Positions 29,225 to 38,709 of a DNA stretch of 49,236 nt are shown here, piece after piece (the first letter of the stretch is position 1; every line of letters starts with the position of its first letter). A model generated the notes under the pieces. That model was given only the letters and a program-made list of their open reading frames with translations. It was not told the DNA's origin and did not search any database. The stretch lies in the sequence record SRR20825019_950, one strand, 5' to 3'. Position numbers and translations under genes: made by a program.

Positions 29225-29947
29225 CTATCGCGGATCATCGTCAACCCGGTCCACGAGGTTGGTTACACCAGTCAGCCATTCCTCCAGGCCGTCGTAAAAC
29301 CGGTTCTGGGCGTGGCCCGCCTGGATATCCAGAAAACCCAGGACCAAGGAGCCACCAAGCCCCAGCAGCGACGAGCTGAACGCCGTTCCCATGCCTTCCA
29401 GGGGCTCCAGCAGCCCAGACTGCAGGCCGGCAAACACCTTGCCAAAGTCCTCCTGGCTCATATCCAGGTTTACAATGACGGCGCCTACGGAATTGATGGT
29501 TCCAAGCAGGCCCCAGAAGGTGCCCAGCAATCCCAGGAAGATGAGAAGACTGATGAAATAGCGGGTGATTTCGCGCTGTTCGTCCATGCGGCTGTGGATG
29601 CCATCCAGTACCGTACGCAACGACATGGTGGACAACGAGAAGCGGTCACGCTTGGAGTCGTCATCCAACTGTCGCGCCAGCGGCTTCAGAAGACGGGGTT
29701 CCTGCAATACGGAGAGCCCGGCGTTGCCGGTGCGGAACTGCGCAATCCAGCGCAATTCCGGAAACAGCACAAACACCTGGCGATAGGTGATGGCAATGCC
29801 AACCAGCAGCACACAAACAATTAACAGGTTGAACACCCAGTTCGCCATAAACGCGGCCTGCAATGGTTTGTGGATCAATGCACAAACCACCACAACGACC
29901 ACCAGGAACAGCGTCATCCAGAAAAGGGTATGCTTGGGATTGCTCAT
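29225..29947 (-). CDS. MotA/TolQ/ExbB-family ion-channel subunit
   Basis: IFLGLLGTFWGL and GMGTAFSSSLLGL channel helices plus two N-terminal TM segments; 12 bp upstream of the MotB-like gene. Confidence 0.85.
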   Translation of the reverse strand: MSNPKHTLFWMTLFLVVVVVVCALIHKPLQAAFMANWVFNLLIVCVLLVGIAITYRQVFVLFPELRWIAQFRTGNAGLSVLQEPRLLKPLARQLDDDSKRDRFSLSTMSLRTVLDGIHSRMDEQREITRYFISLLIFLGLLGTFWGLLGTINSVGAVIVNLDMSQEDFGKVFAGLQSGLLEPLEGMGTAFSSSLLGLGGSLVLGFLDIQAGHAQNRFYDGLEEWLTGVTNLVDRVDDDPR

Positions 29948-30051
29948 TAACGCCACCGCATTCGTCGGGAAACACGTTAAAAGCTAGCACAAGCTTGCCA
30001 TTACTGCTGTCCACAACCCCACTGGTTGCGTTAAGGATTTGTTACCACCGC

Positions 30052-30837
30052 TCAAGGCTCGTAGCGTTGAGCGATACTGTCCAGGGCGCCGCTGTCTCGC
30101 GCTTCATCAAGCGCTGCCTGAAGGTCCTCCACAATGGCCGGGGCCGTTTCGTTGCTGACCGCCAGGTACATCGGCGTCTCACGGAAAACGAGAACCGGTT
30201 TCAGGCCAGTGATGTCGTGCTCTTCCTCCGCCACCAGAGGCCCCACGAGACCATCTGTCACCCAAAGGTCGGCCTGGCCCAGCACCAAACGTCGAGGATT
30301 CTGCTCACCGGACACATTCATGACCAGATCAAACCCCTCACTCACCAGATAGTCCGACATGACGTCGCCCTTGTACCCGGCAATCTTGTACTGCCGGGCA
30401 CCTTCGAGGGACTCCAACTGGATGTTGGAATCGGGCGCGGCAAACAGGGTCCACTTGATCGACGCCAGCGGGCCGACCCACTGAAACTCGTCTTCCCGCT
30501 CCTCGGTTCTGGCGGTGCAGAACAGAGCATGGTTCTCCCGCCCCTGGACCCATTCGTAGGCACGGCTCCAGTCCCGCATCTTCATGACGTATTCGTAGTC
30601 CACCCGCTCCATCATGGTTTTAACCATATCGGTACAGATACCGGTGATATCGTCTTCATTATGGGCGAAGCCCTGCCCCGTGGTTGACGCGTTATAGGGT
30701 GGGTAGTTCTCGGTGAAGATATACAGCTTCTCGTCAGCAACGGCCGACGACAACACCGCCAGCATAAGGAGGCCTTGCAAGACCGGTCTAATGAACTTCA
30801 ACGGGCCGGTCATTTCTGGGCCTGGTTTGGCTGGCAT
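30052..30837 (-). CDS. Orphan periplasmic solute-binding protein (family 3)
   Basis: Signal peptide (AVA-DE), TENYPPYN, WSRAY, ARTEEREDEFQWVGP. GAGGA RBS. Confidence 0.82.
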   Translation of the reverse strand: MPAKPGPEMTGPLKFIRPVLQGLLMLAVLSSAVADEKLYIFTENYPPYNASTTGQGFAHNEDDITGICTDMVKTMMERVDYEYVMKMRDWSRAYEWVQGRENHALFCTARTEEREDEFQWVGPLASIKWTLFAAPDSNIQLESLEGARQYKIAGYKGDVMSDYLVSEGFDLVMNVSGEQNPRRLVLGQADLWVTDGLVGPLVAEEEHDITGLKPVLVFRETPMYLAVSNETAPAIVEDLQAALDEARDSGALDSIAQRYEP

Positions 30838-31046
30838 GCTTTTGTCCTCGTCGCAATGGGTAGGGGTATTGGTAGTTTAGGCTAGTCACTTTGAGCAATA
30901 ATGCCAATACACCCGTCAATACCTTTATCCATCGGAATAAACAGATTTTCCGCTGAAACTGGTCTACCGTGAGGTGTGAAGAAGTGTAAAATCTGAATGC
31001 ATGTTTATGGAATTGTTGGCAGCCGGCCTGCCCAGGGACCCCGTTT

Positions 31047-34000
31047 ATGACAGAAAGCCAGACCCGTATCACCGGCCTCCGTCAAAACGCTCTCATCGTT
31101 GTTCGCGGTTTTATTCCTTGTGGATGTGAACTGGTCGCGGCCTCGTCCGGCGACGACGGCGCCCAACTGACACTGGCGAACCTCACTTCGCCTGGTCTGA
31201 TACAACACCTGAATGGGTCGGACCACACTCCCGCCGAACTATTTCTGTTTGACGGCAATCACCCCACGCGTGTGAGTGGTGGTCTACAAGCTGCCGCTGG
31301 GGACAGTGTGCGGATGACCAGTGATCCCCACGACGCGGAAACCATTGAATATCTGCGACGCTTACCACAAAGGATTCCTGATCAGCTCACCCCACCCTCC
31401 GCCAGCTTGCCGTCGTTGCGAGATACCTACCAAAAACACACCCGGCGCCTGCTGGGCACCCTGGTAGCCGACTTCATCGACCACGCCTGCGAGGGTATCG
31501 GGAACGACCTTGAACAAGCGGCGGAAGTGCGTGAGATCACCCGTCTGAAGGACATGCGCTTCATCTTCAACAGTCGGGGGGAGCAGATATACCGGGATTT
31601 TACGCTGCAGTTCCAAGCGTTCGACCACCAGCTCAACCCGAGTAAGGACAACGACAGCCAAAACGGCGAACTCAGGGTCGTGGAGCAGCATGTTTTTGAG
31701 GACTGGCTGGAACTCCAGATGGTGGCATCCGAGCTCGCCAGCAAACACACCAATACGCTGTTCGTGCTCAGCCAGTTGCTCAACCAGCTTTTTTCCTGCG
31801 ATATCAGCGACCGCAGCAACCCTCTTTCACCACTGTCACTGTGCACCTGCCTGCAATTCGCCATTGATCGACTCGGTATTGCCCGACAGCATCGCGGCAC
31901 GCTCTACCTTGCTTTCGAGACCGTGCTGGACGACCTCTGGCCCCGAGCCGCAGAGTCGCTGAACCGCGACCTTCGTGCAGCGGGCCTGCTGGCGCTCGAT
32001 CTGACCAGCTTGCCTTCCAACTGGTCACTGAGGGAATCCAATAAGGCCCGGGAAGCACCAACGGAGACGCCCCATCCTGAAGCATCGGTGGTAGATTCCA
32101 CGCCCCCCGCGGCACCCGCCTCTGCCCCTGGGCGTTCGTTACTGCGACTGATGAGCCTGCAACAGGATCCGGGTAACCTGCGGGATACCTGGCCACGCAC
32201 CAACCCACAGTTTACCGCCGAACTGCGACCGCACAGAGATGATCTGCGCAAGGTGCTGGGCGAGCCGGGCCCCAGCATGGAGGAGGCCATTCGAAACCTG
32301 GCATCCTCCAATCCGGATCTGGAACAGGCACTTGATGACGGTACGTGGGACAAAGTCACCCTCGTGGATCGTCTGTTCGCCCCACTGGAGCATGAACAGG
32401 GGCTGAACAGAACGCTGAGGGAACAGCTTGAACAGTTGAGACTTCCGGTTCTGGAGGTCCTGCTCGATACCTCTGAATTTCTGGACCGCGACAACCACCC
32501 GGCCAGGACCATCGTCAACGATCTTATGCGCCTCTGCCTGGCCGAGCGGAGTTCAAGCCGCAACCTGGAACAGACGGTGACGGGAATTATCGATGAACTC
32601 ATCCAGACGGAAGAACGGGATGAAGCGTTTTACAGGTCCATCGGTACCCGGTTGCAGGGCCTGGTAGAACGCCAGGAACAATCGTTCCTGAGGAACTCCG
32701 AACGTATCGCCAAGACCCTGGAAGGCAAGGAGCGCCTGCGGCAGACGCGGCTCGGCGTGCAGCGACGCCTGAACATGATCCTGGCGGATAAAGCCGTGCC
32801 AACAGTACTGCTTGATCTTTTGAACGCAGGCTGGGAGCAGTTGATCGTACTGGCGGTATTGCGGGAAGGCGCTGAGAGCCAAACCGCCACAAGTTTCATT
32901 AACATCGTTGAGCAGATCCGCCTCTGGCTATCGGGCGGAGAAACCAGCAAGGATCTCGCATTTGAGCGGGAACTGGAAAGCGACGCGTTGATCCAGCTTA
33001 TCGACAGGGAACTACGTACGGTTGGCGAAGTGTCTCCAGTTCGCGATGTGGTGGCGAGGCTGACCCGGGAATTGCATCAGCAGGTATCGACCGAAACAGT
33101 AACCCTCGACGCCTATCCCCCGGGTTCCTGCCAGCTGGAGGAAGCGGAGGCCTCTACAGAGTCAGTTGACACCCGCTGGGCCCGGCGTGCCCAGGAAATT
33201 GGCGTGGGCGATTGGGTTGAGATTGTCCTCGACAATGGTGAAAAACGTCGCATGCGACTGGTCTGGGGCGGCAAGGATGTCTTTCGCTTTGTGTTCCTTT
33301 CGCCCCAGGGACTGGGTGAGGTGAGTTATCAATATTCCGAATTCGTGTCGAGACTGGCCCGCGGTGACGCGTGGCTCGTCAAGCAGGGAGACATTCCCTT
33401 TGTCGACCAGAGCCTGTTCGACATCGTTCAGGGGGTCTACAGCAAGCTCAACTTCGAAGCCACTCACGACGCCCTCACGGGATGTCTTCACCGGCATGAT
33501 TTCGAGAAGCAGTTGGCCCAGGCCCTGTCCGTAATGGACGGCAAACCCGGTAGTCATACCCTGATGGTGTTCGACATCGACGAATTCAGTGTGATCAATG
33601 CCACCTATGGCACCGGCGTCGGCGACGAACTCCTTAAACGGTTTGCTTCCCTGCTTCAGGATCAGGCTTCGGGACACTCCGGCGATCACTGCATCGGTCG
33701 ACTGGGAGGCAACGAATTTGCACTGCTGGCCCAAAAGATGCCGGTGGAGGAAGGACTGGATTTCTCCGAACGGCTGCGTGACGCCTTTCGAACCGAGTCA
33801 CATACCGTTGACGACACCGAATTCTCCGCCACCCTGAGTGCGAGCGTGTGCCCTTTCGAAGACACCCTACGCTCCGCCGGCGAACTGATGAACCAGGCAA
33901 ACCTGGCGCTCAAATCCGCCAAGAAAAAAGGCGGAAACAGCGTTGAACGGGTTCGGGACCAATCCCAGCAAGTGCCCACCTCGGGCCCCCAGTGGGTACC

Positions 34001-34748
34001 CGAAATTGACCGCAGCATACGCGATGGCAGCCTGTACCTGAGAGCACAGCGGATCCTTCCCCTGACTGATGGCAGCAACGGAGACATGTACGAACTGCTG
34101 CTAGGCCTTCAGAACTCCTCCGGCCAGGAAATTTCCCCACAAAGTTACATTGAGGCCGCGGAACAGTTCCGCCGGAGTTCCCGTGTTGACCTTTGGGTGA
34201 TTGACGAAGCAATAGACTGGATGGAAGGACACCCAGGCGCCATGGAGAGCATCCATACGTTCAACATCAACCTCTCCGGCGCATCATTGAGTGACGACGC
34301 CTTTCTGTTCGCCCTGGAAACGAGGATGAAGCAGCACAACGCCCTCACCCATCAGATCTGTTTCGAAGTCACCGAGACGTCCGCCGTTGCCAACCTGCAT
34401 TACGCCGCCGATTTCATGACTGAGATGAAGCGGCTTGGGTGCCGGTTTGCACTGGACGACTTCGGAACCGGCCTGTCCTCCTACGCCTACCTGCAAAAAC
34501 TACCGGTGGACTACGTCAAGGTGGACGGCATATTCGTCCGTGACATGGCCAGTAACCTGACCAACTACGCATTGGTTCGATCCATCACCGAGTTGTGTCA
34601 TTTCCTCGACATGAAAACCATCGCCGAATATGTGGAAGATATGGAGACATTAGAGCTGCTTAAAGAGATCCAGGTAGATTTCGGGCAGGGATTCTGTATT
34701 GCAAAACCCCGGCGGATGGATAGTCTGGGGGCCACCGCAAAAGCCTGA
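31047..34748 (+). CDS. DUF1631-type cytoplasmic GGDEF-EAL c-di-GMP signalling protein
   Basis: SNPLSP and FLDRDNHPAR (DUF1631-like), HDALTG, FDIDEF, GRLGGNEF, then EAL domain (YELLL, INLSG, FEVTET, LDDFGTG, KVDG, AEYVE, QGF). Confidence 0.88.
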   Translation: MTESQTRITGLRQNALIVVRGFIPCGCELVAASSGDDGAQLTLANLTSPGLIQHLNGSDHTPAELFLFDGNHPTRVSGGLQAAAGDSVRMTSDPHDAETIEYLRRLPQRIPDQLTPPSASLPSLRDTYQKHTRRLLGTLVADFIDHACEGIGNDLEQAAEVREITRLKDMRFIFNSRGEQIYRDFTLQFQAFDHQLNPSKDNDSQNGELRVVEQHVFEDWLELQMVASELASKHTNTLFVLSQLLNQLFSCDISDRSNPLSPLSLCTCLQFAIDRLGIARQHRGTLYLAFETVLDDLWPRAAESLNRDLRAAGLLALDLTSLPSNWSLRESNKAREAPTETPHPEASVVDSTPPAAPASAPGRSLLRLMSLQQDPGNLRDTWPRTNPQFTAELRPHRDDLRKVLGEPGPSMEEAIRNLASSNPDLEQALDDGTWDKVTLVDRLFAPLEHEQGLNRTLREQLEQLRLPVLEVLLDTSEFLDRDNHPARTIVNDLMRLCLAERSSSRNLEQTVTGIIDELIQTEERDEAFYRSIGTRLQGLVERQEQSFLRNSERIAKTLEGKERLRQTRLGVQRRLNMILADKAVPTVLLDLLNAGWEQLIVLAVLREGAESQTATSFINIVEQIRLWLSGGETSKDLAFERELESDALIQLIDRELRTVGEVSPVRDVVARLTRELHQQVSTETVTLDAYPPGSCQLEEAEASTESVDTRWARRAQEIGVGDWVEIVLDNGEKRRMRLVWGGKDVFRFVFLSPQGLGEVSYQYSEFVSRLARGDAWLVKQGDIPFVDQSLFDIVQGVYSKLNFEATHDALTGCLHRHDFEKQLAQALSVMDGKPGSHTLMVFDIDEFSVINATYGTGVGDELLKRFASLLQDQASGHSGDHCIGRLGGNEFALLAQKMPVEEGLDFSERLRDAFRTESHTVDDTEFSATLSASVCPFEDTLRSAGELMNQANLALKSAKKKGGNSVERVRDQSQQVPTSGPQWVPEIDRSIRDGSLYLRAQRILPLTDGSNGDMYELLLGLQNSSGQEISPQSYIEAAEQFRRSSRVDLWVIDEAIDWMEGHPGAMESIHTFNINLSGASLSDDAFLFALETRMKQHNALTHQICFEVTETSAVANLHYAADFMTEMKRLGCRFALDDFGTGLSSYAYLQKLPVDYVKVDGIFVRDMASNLTNYALVRSITELCHFLDMKTIAEYVEDMETLELLKEIQVDFGQGFCIAKPRRMDSLGATAKA

Positions 34749-34783
34749 AACACCACAATCACCGAATCAACGGGAGACCACCC

Positions 34784-35068
34784 ATGCCAAACAGCGTAAG
34801 AATCACGTACTGTACGGGCTGCAAGTGGATGCTTCGATCCGCCTGGATGGCCCAGGAACTGTTGAGCACCTTTGAAGAGGAGCTGAACGAACTGACCCTG
34901 ATACCGGGCACAGGCGGAATTTTTGAAGTTCACGTCAATGGCAAACGCATCTGGTCACGTAAGGAACAGCAAGGCTTCCCCGACATCCGGGAACTGAAGC
35001 AACTGGTTCGAAATGAAGTCTCGCCCGATCGATCACTCGGCCATACCGACGGGGTACCCACAGCCTGA
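34784..35068 (+). CDS. SelT/SelW/SelH (Rdx) family thioredoxin-like protein
   Basis: ITYCTGCKWMLRSAWMAQELL, GGIFEV, GFP, LGH. Confidence 0.92.
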   Translation: MPNSVRITYCTGCKWMLRSAWMAQELLSTFEEELNELTLIPGTGGIFEVHVNGKRIWSRKEQQGFPDIRELKQLVRNEVSPDRSLGHTDGVPTA

Positions 35069-35233
35069 GCACTCTGGTGTACATGCAAACCGGCCGCCAT
35101 CATCGCCGGGCGACATAGCGAAACCATTTATTTACGTCCAGGCCTTAGACATTGGTTTCGTAGTGTCTTGCTGCAAAGGACGTTTCAGGCCACTATCATG
35201 GCATCTCTATTTGCGAAAACGAAAAGGCAACGC

Positions 35234-35941
35234 ATGTTTCTTGAACGCTACCACGCCACCCAGAACGGACTCGTACTGATCAGCGCGACCCAGGCCAGTC
35301 GATTTGCCAAGGAAGTGGCCGGTGATTTTAATCCGATCCACAATCCGGATGCCCGGCGTTTCTGTGTTCCCGGAGACCTGTTGTTTGCCCTGTTATTGTC
35401 ACACTTCGGCCTGTCCCGACAGATGACCTTCCATTTTCGCAGCCTGCTCGGCGAAAATGTTCCACTGGACTTCCGCGAGGACGACGACGGCCTGATCCGC
35501 GTCTACGATCAGAATGACAAGGTCTACATCGAGGTGGAACGCAGTGGTGAGCGGACTCACGATGACACCGTGATTGAGAACTTCACTCGCTGCTACGTGG
35601 CCGCGTCCGGCAAGAACTTCCCCCATACGCTCAAACCGCTGATGGAAAATGCTGGCGTGATGTTCAATCCGGACCGGCCAATGATCATGTATCAAAGCAT
35701 GAGCCTGGCCCTGGATACGCTTGATGCGCCAAGCCCCGACCTTGAACTCCATAACGCGGAGCTGAAGCCGGACGGAAAGCGTGGCAATGTCTCACTGGAC
35801 TACCGGCTGATCTCAGACGGCAACGTTGCCGGCGAGGTTTCCAAAAAGCTTGTGGTCAGTGGCCTTCGTGACTATGACGCCGGTGCCATGGATGCCGTGG
35901 TCGAGGAGTTCTATCGGCTCAAGGAAAAATCCTGGGATTGA
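35234..35941 (+). CDS. DUF3581-family protein
   Basis: QASRFAKEVAGDFNPIHNPDARRFCVPGDLLF, SGKNFPH, VSGLRDYD. Start trimmed to MFLERY. Confidence 0.8.
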   Translation: MFLERYHATQNGLVLISATQASRFAKEVAGDFNPIHNPDARRFCVPGDLLFALLLSHFGLSRQMTFHFRSLLGENVPLDFREDDDGLIRVYDQNDKVYIEVERSGERTHDDTVIENFTRCYVAASGKNFPHTLKPLMENAGVMFNPDRPMIMYQSMSLALDTLDAPSPDLELHNAELKPDGKRGNVSLDYRLISDGNVAGEVSKKLVVSGLRDYDAGAMDAVVEEFYRLKEKSWD

Positions 35942-35945
35942 TGGG

Positions 35946-36404
35946 ATGTCAACGCCCGTAAGCCAGGAAGAGAAACAGGCAGCTCTGGCCCGCCTGAACC
36001 GATTCAGTCAGATGGCCGATAACGCTATCGGCATACCCTTCACGCGCTTTCGGATCGGGCTGGAACCCATCATCGGCCTTGTTCCGGTACTCGGCGACCT
36101 GGCCGGGCTGCTCATGTCCTGCTACGTACTCCTGGAAGCGCACCGTGCCGGAGCCAGCCCCCGGGTCAAACAGCAAATGGTCAGGAACATGCTGATCGAC
36201 TTTTTCGGCGGCCTTGTTCCGGTCATTGGCGACGTCTTCGACTTCGCCTGGAAGGCCAATGTCCGGAATACCCAACTGCTCAGGGAGCACCTGGAAACCG
36301 AACTGAACGTTCAGCAAAAGCCGCGGTTCCCCTGGATGCAATTCCTGGTGATCGTGGGCACCCTGGCAGTATTCACCGCCCTTGTGGCGGTGTTTGCGCT
36401 CTGA
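35946..36404 (+). CDS. DUF4112-family membrane protein
   Basis: DNAIGIPFTRFRIGLEPIIGLVPVLGD ... GLVPVIGDVFDFAWKANVRN. Confidence 0.85.
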   Translation: MSTPVSQEEKQAALARLNRFSQMADNAIGIPFTRFRIGLEPIIGLVPVLGDLAGLLMSCYVLLEAHRAGASPRVKQQMVRNMLIDFFGGLVPVIGDVFDFAWKANVRNTQLLREHLETELNVQQKPRFPWMQFLVIVGTLAVFTALVAVFAL

Positions 36405-36503
36405 CTCAGGGTCACTACGGATTTATCCCCAATGCTTTCTGGCCTTAACTCGGTACATGTCACCCTATGCCTGTGACCCGTCATCACCAAGAGGACAGAC
36501 AAC

Positions 36504-36722
36504 ATGGCAAAGACCCAATGCTCCAACTGCGGAGCCAGCCTTCCCACCGAAACGCCTAAATGCCCGGAATGCGGGAGCCTTCAGAGCTCCAGGCCCAAGA
36601 TAATTATCGGCGCCGCCGGCGTTCTGATCGCAGCCCTGGCCATCGTGCTCGGCGCCATCTATGTTATAGCCAAGGATGAGCCCGCCAATCCGGCCGGTAG
36701 CACCACCGAGATCAGGCCCTAG
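36504..36722 (+). CDS. Small zinc-ribbon membrane protein
   Basis: CSNCG-x9-CPECG followed by one TM helix; AGAGGA RBS. Confidence 0.7.
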   Translation: MAKTQCSNCGASLPTETPKCPECGSLQSSRPKIIIGAAGVLIAALAIVLGAIYVIAKDEPANPAGSTTEIRP

Positions 36723-36773
36723 CACCCCGTCTGGCTTCTAGGGAGAACCATAACAACAAACCATGAGGCACGC

Positions 36774-38657
36774 ATGAGCGATACCACACCCGATACAGTC
36801 TGGGACTATCTGATCCAGGGTGCCAAGGTCTTCGACGGTATTGGCGAATTACCGGTCCGCGAAGACATCGCCATCGCAGATGGCAGGGTCGCAGCACGAG
36901 GGCCGGACCTTGATCCGCAAAAAGCGCACAAGGTCATCGATGCCACTGAACGCTGGGCCATGCCAGGGTTGTTTGACATTCATACCCACTACGACCTGGA
37001 GCTGGAGGTTGCCCCTGGCCTGCCCGAATCCGTGCGCCATGGCACCACCACGGTTGTCATTGCCAACTGTAGCCTGGGGCTGGCGTTTGGCGCACAGCGC
37101 AAGGACGGTGCAGACCCGATTGTGGACTGTTACGCCCGAGTGGAGAACATTCCCAAGGACGTCCTGCGGGCGACCGCCGATCGAGTGGACTGGAAGAACC
37201 CGAAGGAATACATCCAGCATCTGAACAGACTTAGCCTGGGCCCGAATCTGGTCACCATGGTGCCGCACTCAATGTTGCGGATTGAGGTCATGGGGTTTGA
37301 CGCCAGCATTTCCCGTGACCCCACGGAAGACGAACTCAAGGCCATGGAGGCCTTGCTGGAGCAGGCCATGGATGACGGCTATGCCGGATTCTCCACTGAT
37401 GCCCTGCCGTTCCATTACCTGGCCAACCAGCCCAATACCCGCAAGACCATACCCACGCAGTTCGCCAAGTACCCGGAAATCAAACGGCTGACGGACGTGG
37501 TACGGCGCAAGGGCGGTGTCTGGCAGGCCACGCCACCGAAAGACAGCACCATGGGCACCATCAAGACTTTTCTGCTCAGTTGTGGCCTACTCCACGGCAA
37601 ACCACTCAGAACAACGGTGGTGGCTGCCCTGGATGTGCAAAGCAACCGCAAGATCGTGCGGCTGGCGAGATTGCTGGCCCGGGTTCTCAATTCCCGACTT
37701 TTGCGGGGTGACTTCCACCTGCAGGCCCTGGCCGCCCCCTTCAAGGTATGGTCCGACGGCGCCGTAACGCCGCTCTCCGAGGAGATTGAGGAACTGCGTA
37801 TTCTCAATGAGACCGAACTGGAGGACCGTGAAGGCCGGCTGAACATCCTCAACGATCCAGCCTACATCGCGTCGTTCAAAGCCATGTGGATGAGCGGCAA
37901 AACCGGTTTTGGTCTCAAGCGCCTCAAACGACTGGTACGCCTGGAGGACTACGCCTTCAATCGTACCCTGGCGGACATGACCATCGACGTATGCCCCCTG
38001 AGAGAATGGCAAGGCCTTACCTTTGCCGATGTCTTCGCGCGGGTGAAAGCCGCCAACGCAGAAAAACCACTCGAAGGCAGCGATGCGGAACGGGCCCTGC
38101 TGGAAGAACACTTCTCTGGGGTGAAAGACGAAGGCGATTTCGTGCTGGCGATGCTGCGGGCGTTCGACCGTGACCTGAGCTGGTATACCGTGTCCGCGAA
38201 TCGTAACGAACGCGTTGTCCGCAACCTGCTGATGGATCGGCAACTTCTGCCTGGTTTCAATGACAGTGGTGCCCATCTCACCAACATGGCCTTTTACGAC
38301 GGCAACCTCAGAGCCCTGAAACTGGCCTCTGACGGCGGCGACATGGATGTAGCGTATATGGTACGCCGTCTCACCCGAGACCCTGCGCGTGTATTTGGCG
38401 TCAAAGGGGGTGGCATCGAAGTGGGCGATCAGGCCGACCTTATCCTGGTAGACCCGTCAGCCCTGCGCCGCATGGACCACAACAATACGGTGCAACGTCA
38501 GTACCGTGAGGCATTTCAGCACGAGCAACTGGTTAACCGCACCGACGGTGTGGTGCCCCTGGTGATGATTGCCGGTCATCCAGCGTGGCACGGAACGTCG
38601 TTCGACAATGCACTGGGTCAGAAAAAAATGGGCACCGTACTGGACACCACCTTCTGA
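36774..38657 (+). CDS. N-acyl-D-amino-acid deacylase (D-aminoacylase) family amidohydrolase
   Basis: DIAIADG, PGLFDIHTHYD, HGTTTVVIANCSLG, NDSGAH, GDQADL. Confidence 0.85.
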   Translation: MSDTTPDTVWDYLIQGAKVFDGIGELPVREDIAIADGRVAARGPDLDPQKAHKVIDATERWAMPGLFDIHTHYDLELEVAPGLPESVRHGTTTVVIANCSLGLAFGAQRKDGADPIVDCYARVENIPKDVLRATADRVDWKNPKEYIQHLNRLSLGPNLVTMVPHSMLRIEVMGFDASISRDPTEDELKAMEALLEQAMDDGYAGFSTDALPFHYLANQPNTRKTIPTQFAKYPEIKRLTDVVRRKGGVWQATPPKDSTMGTIKTFLLSCGLLHGKPLRTTVVAALDVQSNRKIVRLARLLARVLNSRLLRGDFHLQALAAPFKVWSDGAVTPLSEEIEELRILNETELEDREGRLNILNDPAYIASFKAMWMSGKTGFGLKRLKRLVRLEDYAFNRTLADMTIDVCPLREWQGLTFADVFARVKAANAEKPLEGSDAERALLEEHFSGVKDEGDFVLAMLRAFDRDLSWYTVSANRNERVVRNLLMDRQLLPGFNDSGAHLTNMAFYDGNLRALKLASDGGDMDVAYMVRRLTRDPARVFGVKGGGIEVGDQADLILVDPSALRRMDHNNTVQRQYREAFQHEQLVNRTDGVVPLVMIAGHPAWHGTSFDNALGQKKMGTVLDTTF

Positions 38658-38682
38658 CATCCCGCAATCCTGTTGCCAACAC

Positions 38683-38709
38683 TGCCTGAACTCTAATACT
38701 GTTCAGGCA
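38683..38709. promoter_or_regulatory. 9-9-9 inverted repeat enclosing a -10-like element and touching the start codon
   Basis: TGCCTGAAC-TCTAATACT-GTTCAGGCA(TG); TTGCCA at 38673; no Shine-Dalgarno before the ATG. Confidence 0.5.

Noticed and set aside
27464..29947. Calling the locus a canonical Zorya system
   Set aside because: The A subunit lacks the long ZorA cytoplasmic tail, no zorC/D/E-type genes are present, and the AbiTii-like gene is on the opposite strand.
29985..30001. TGGCAAGCTTGTGC upstream of the MotA-like gene as a sigma-54 promoter
   Set aside because: GG-to-GC spacing is 9 rather than the required 10.
34784..35068. Possible selenoprotein (SelW-like)
   Set aside because: The motif is CxxC encoded by TGT/TGC; there is no in-frame TGA.
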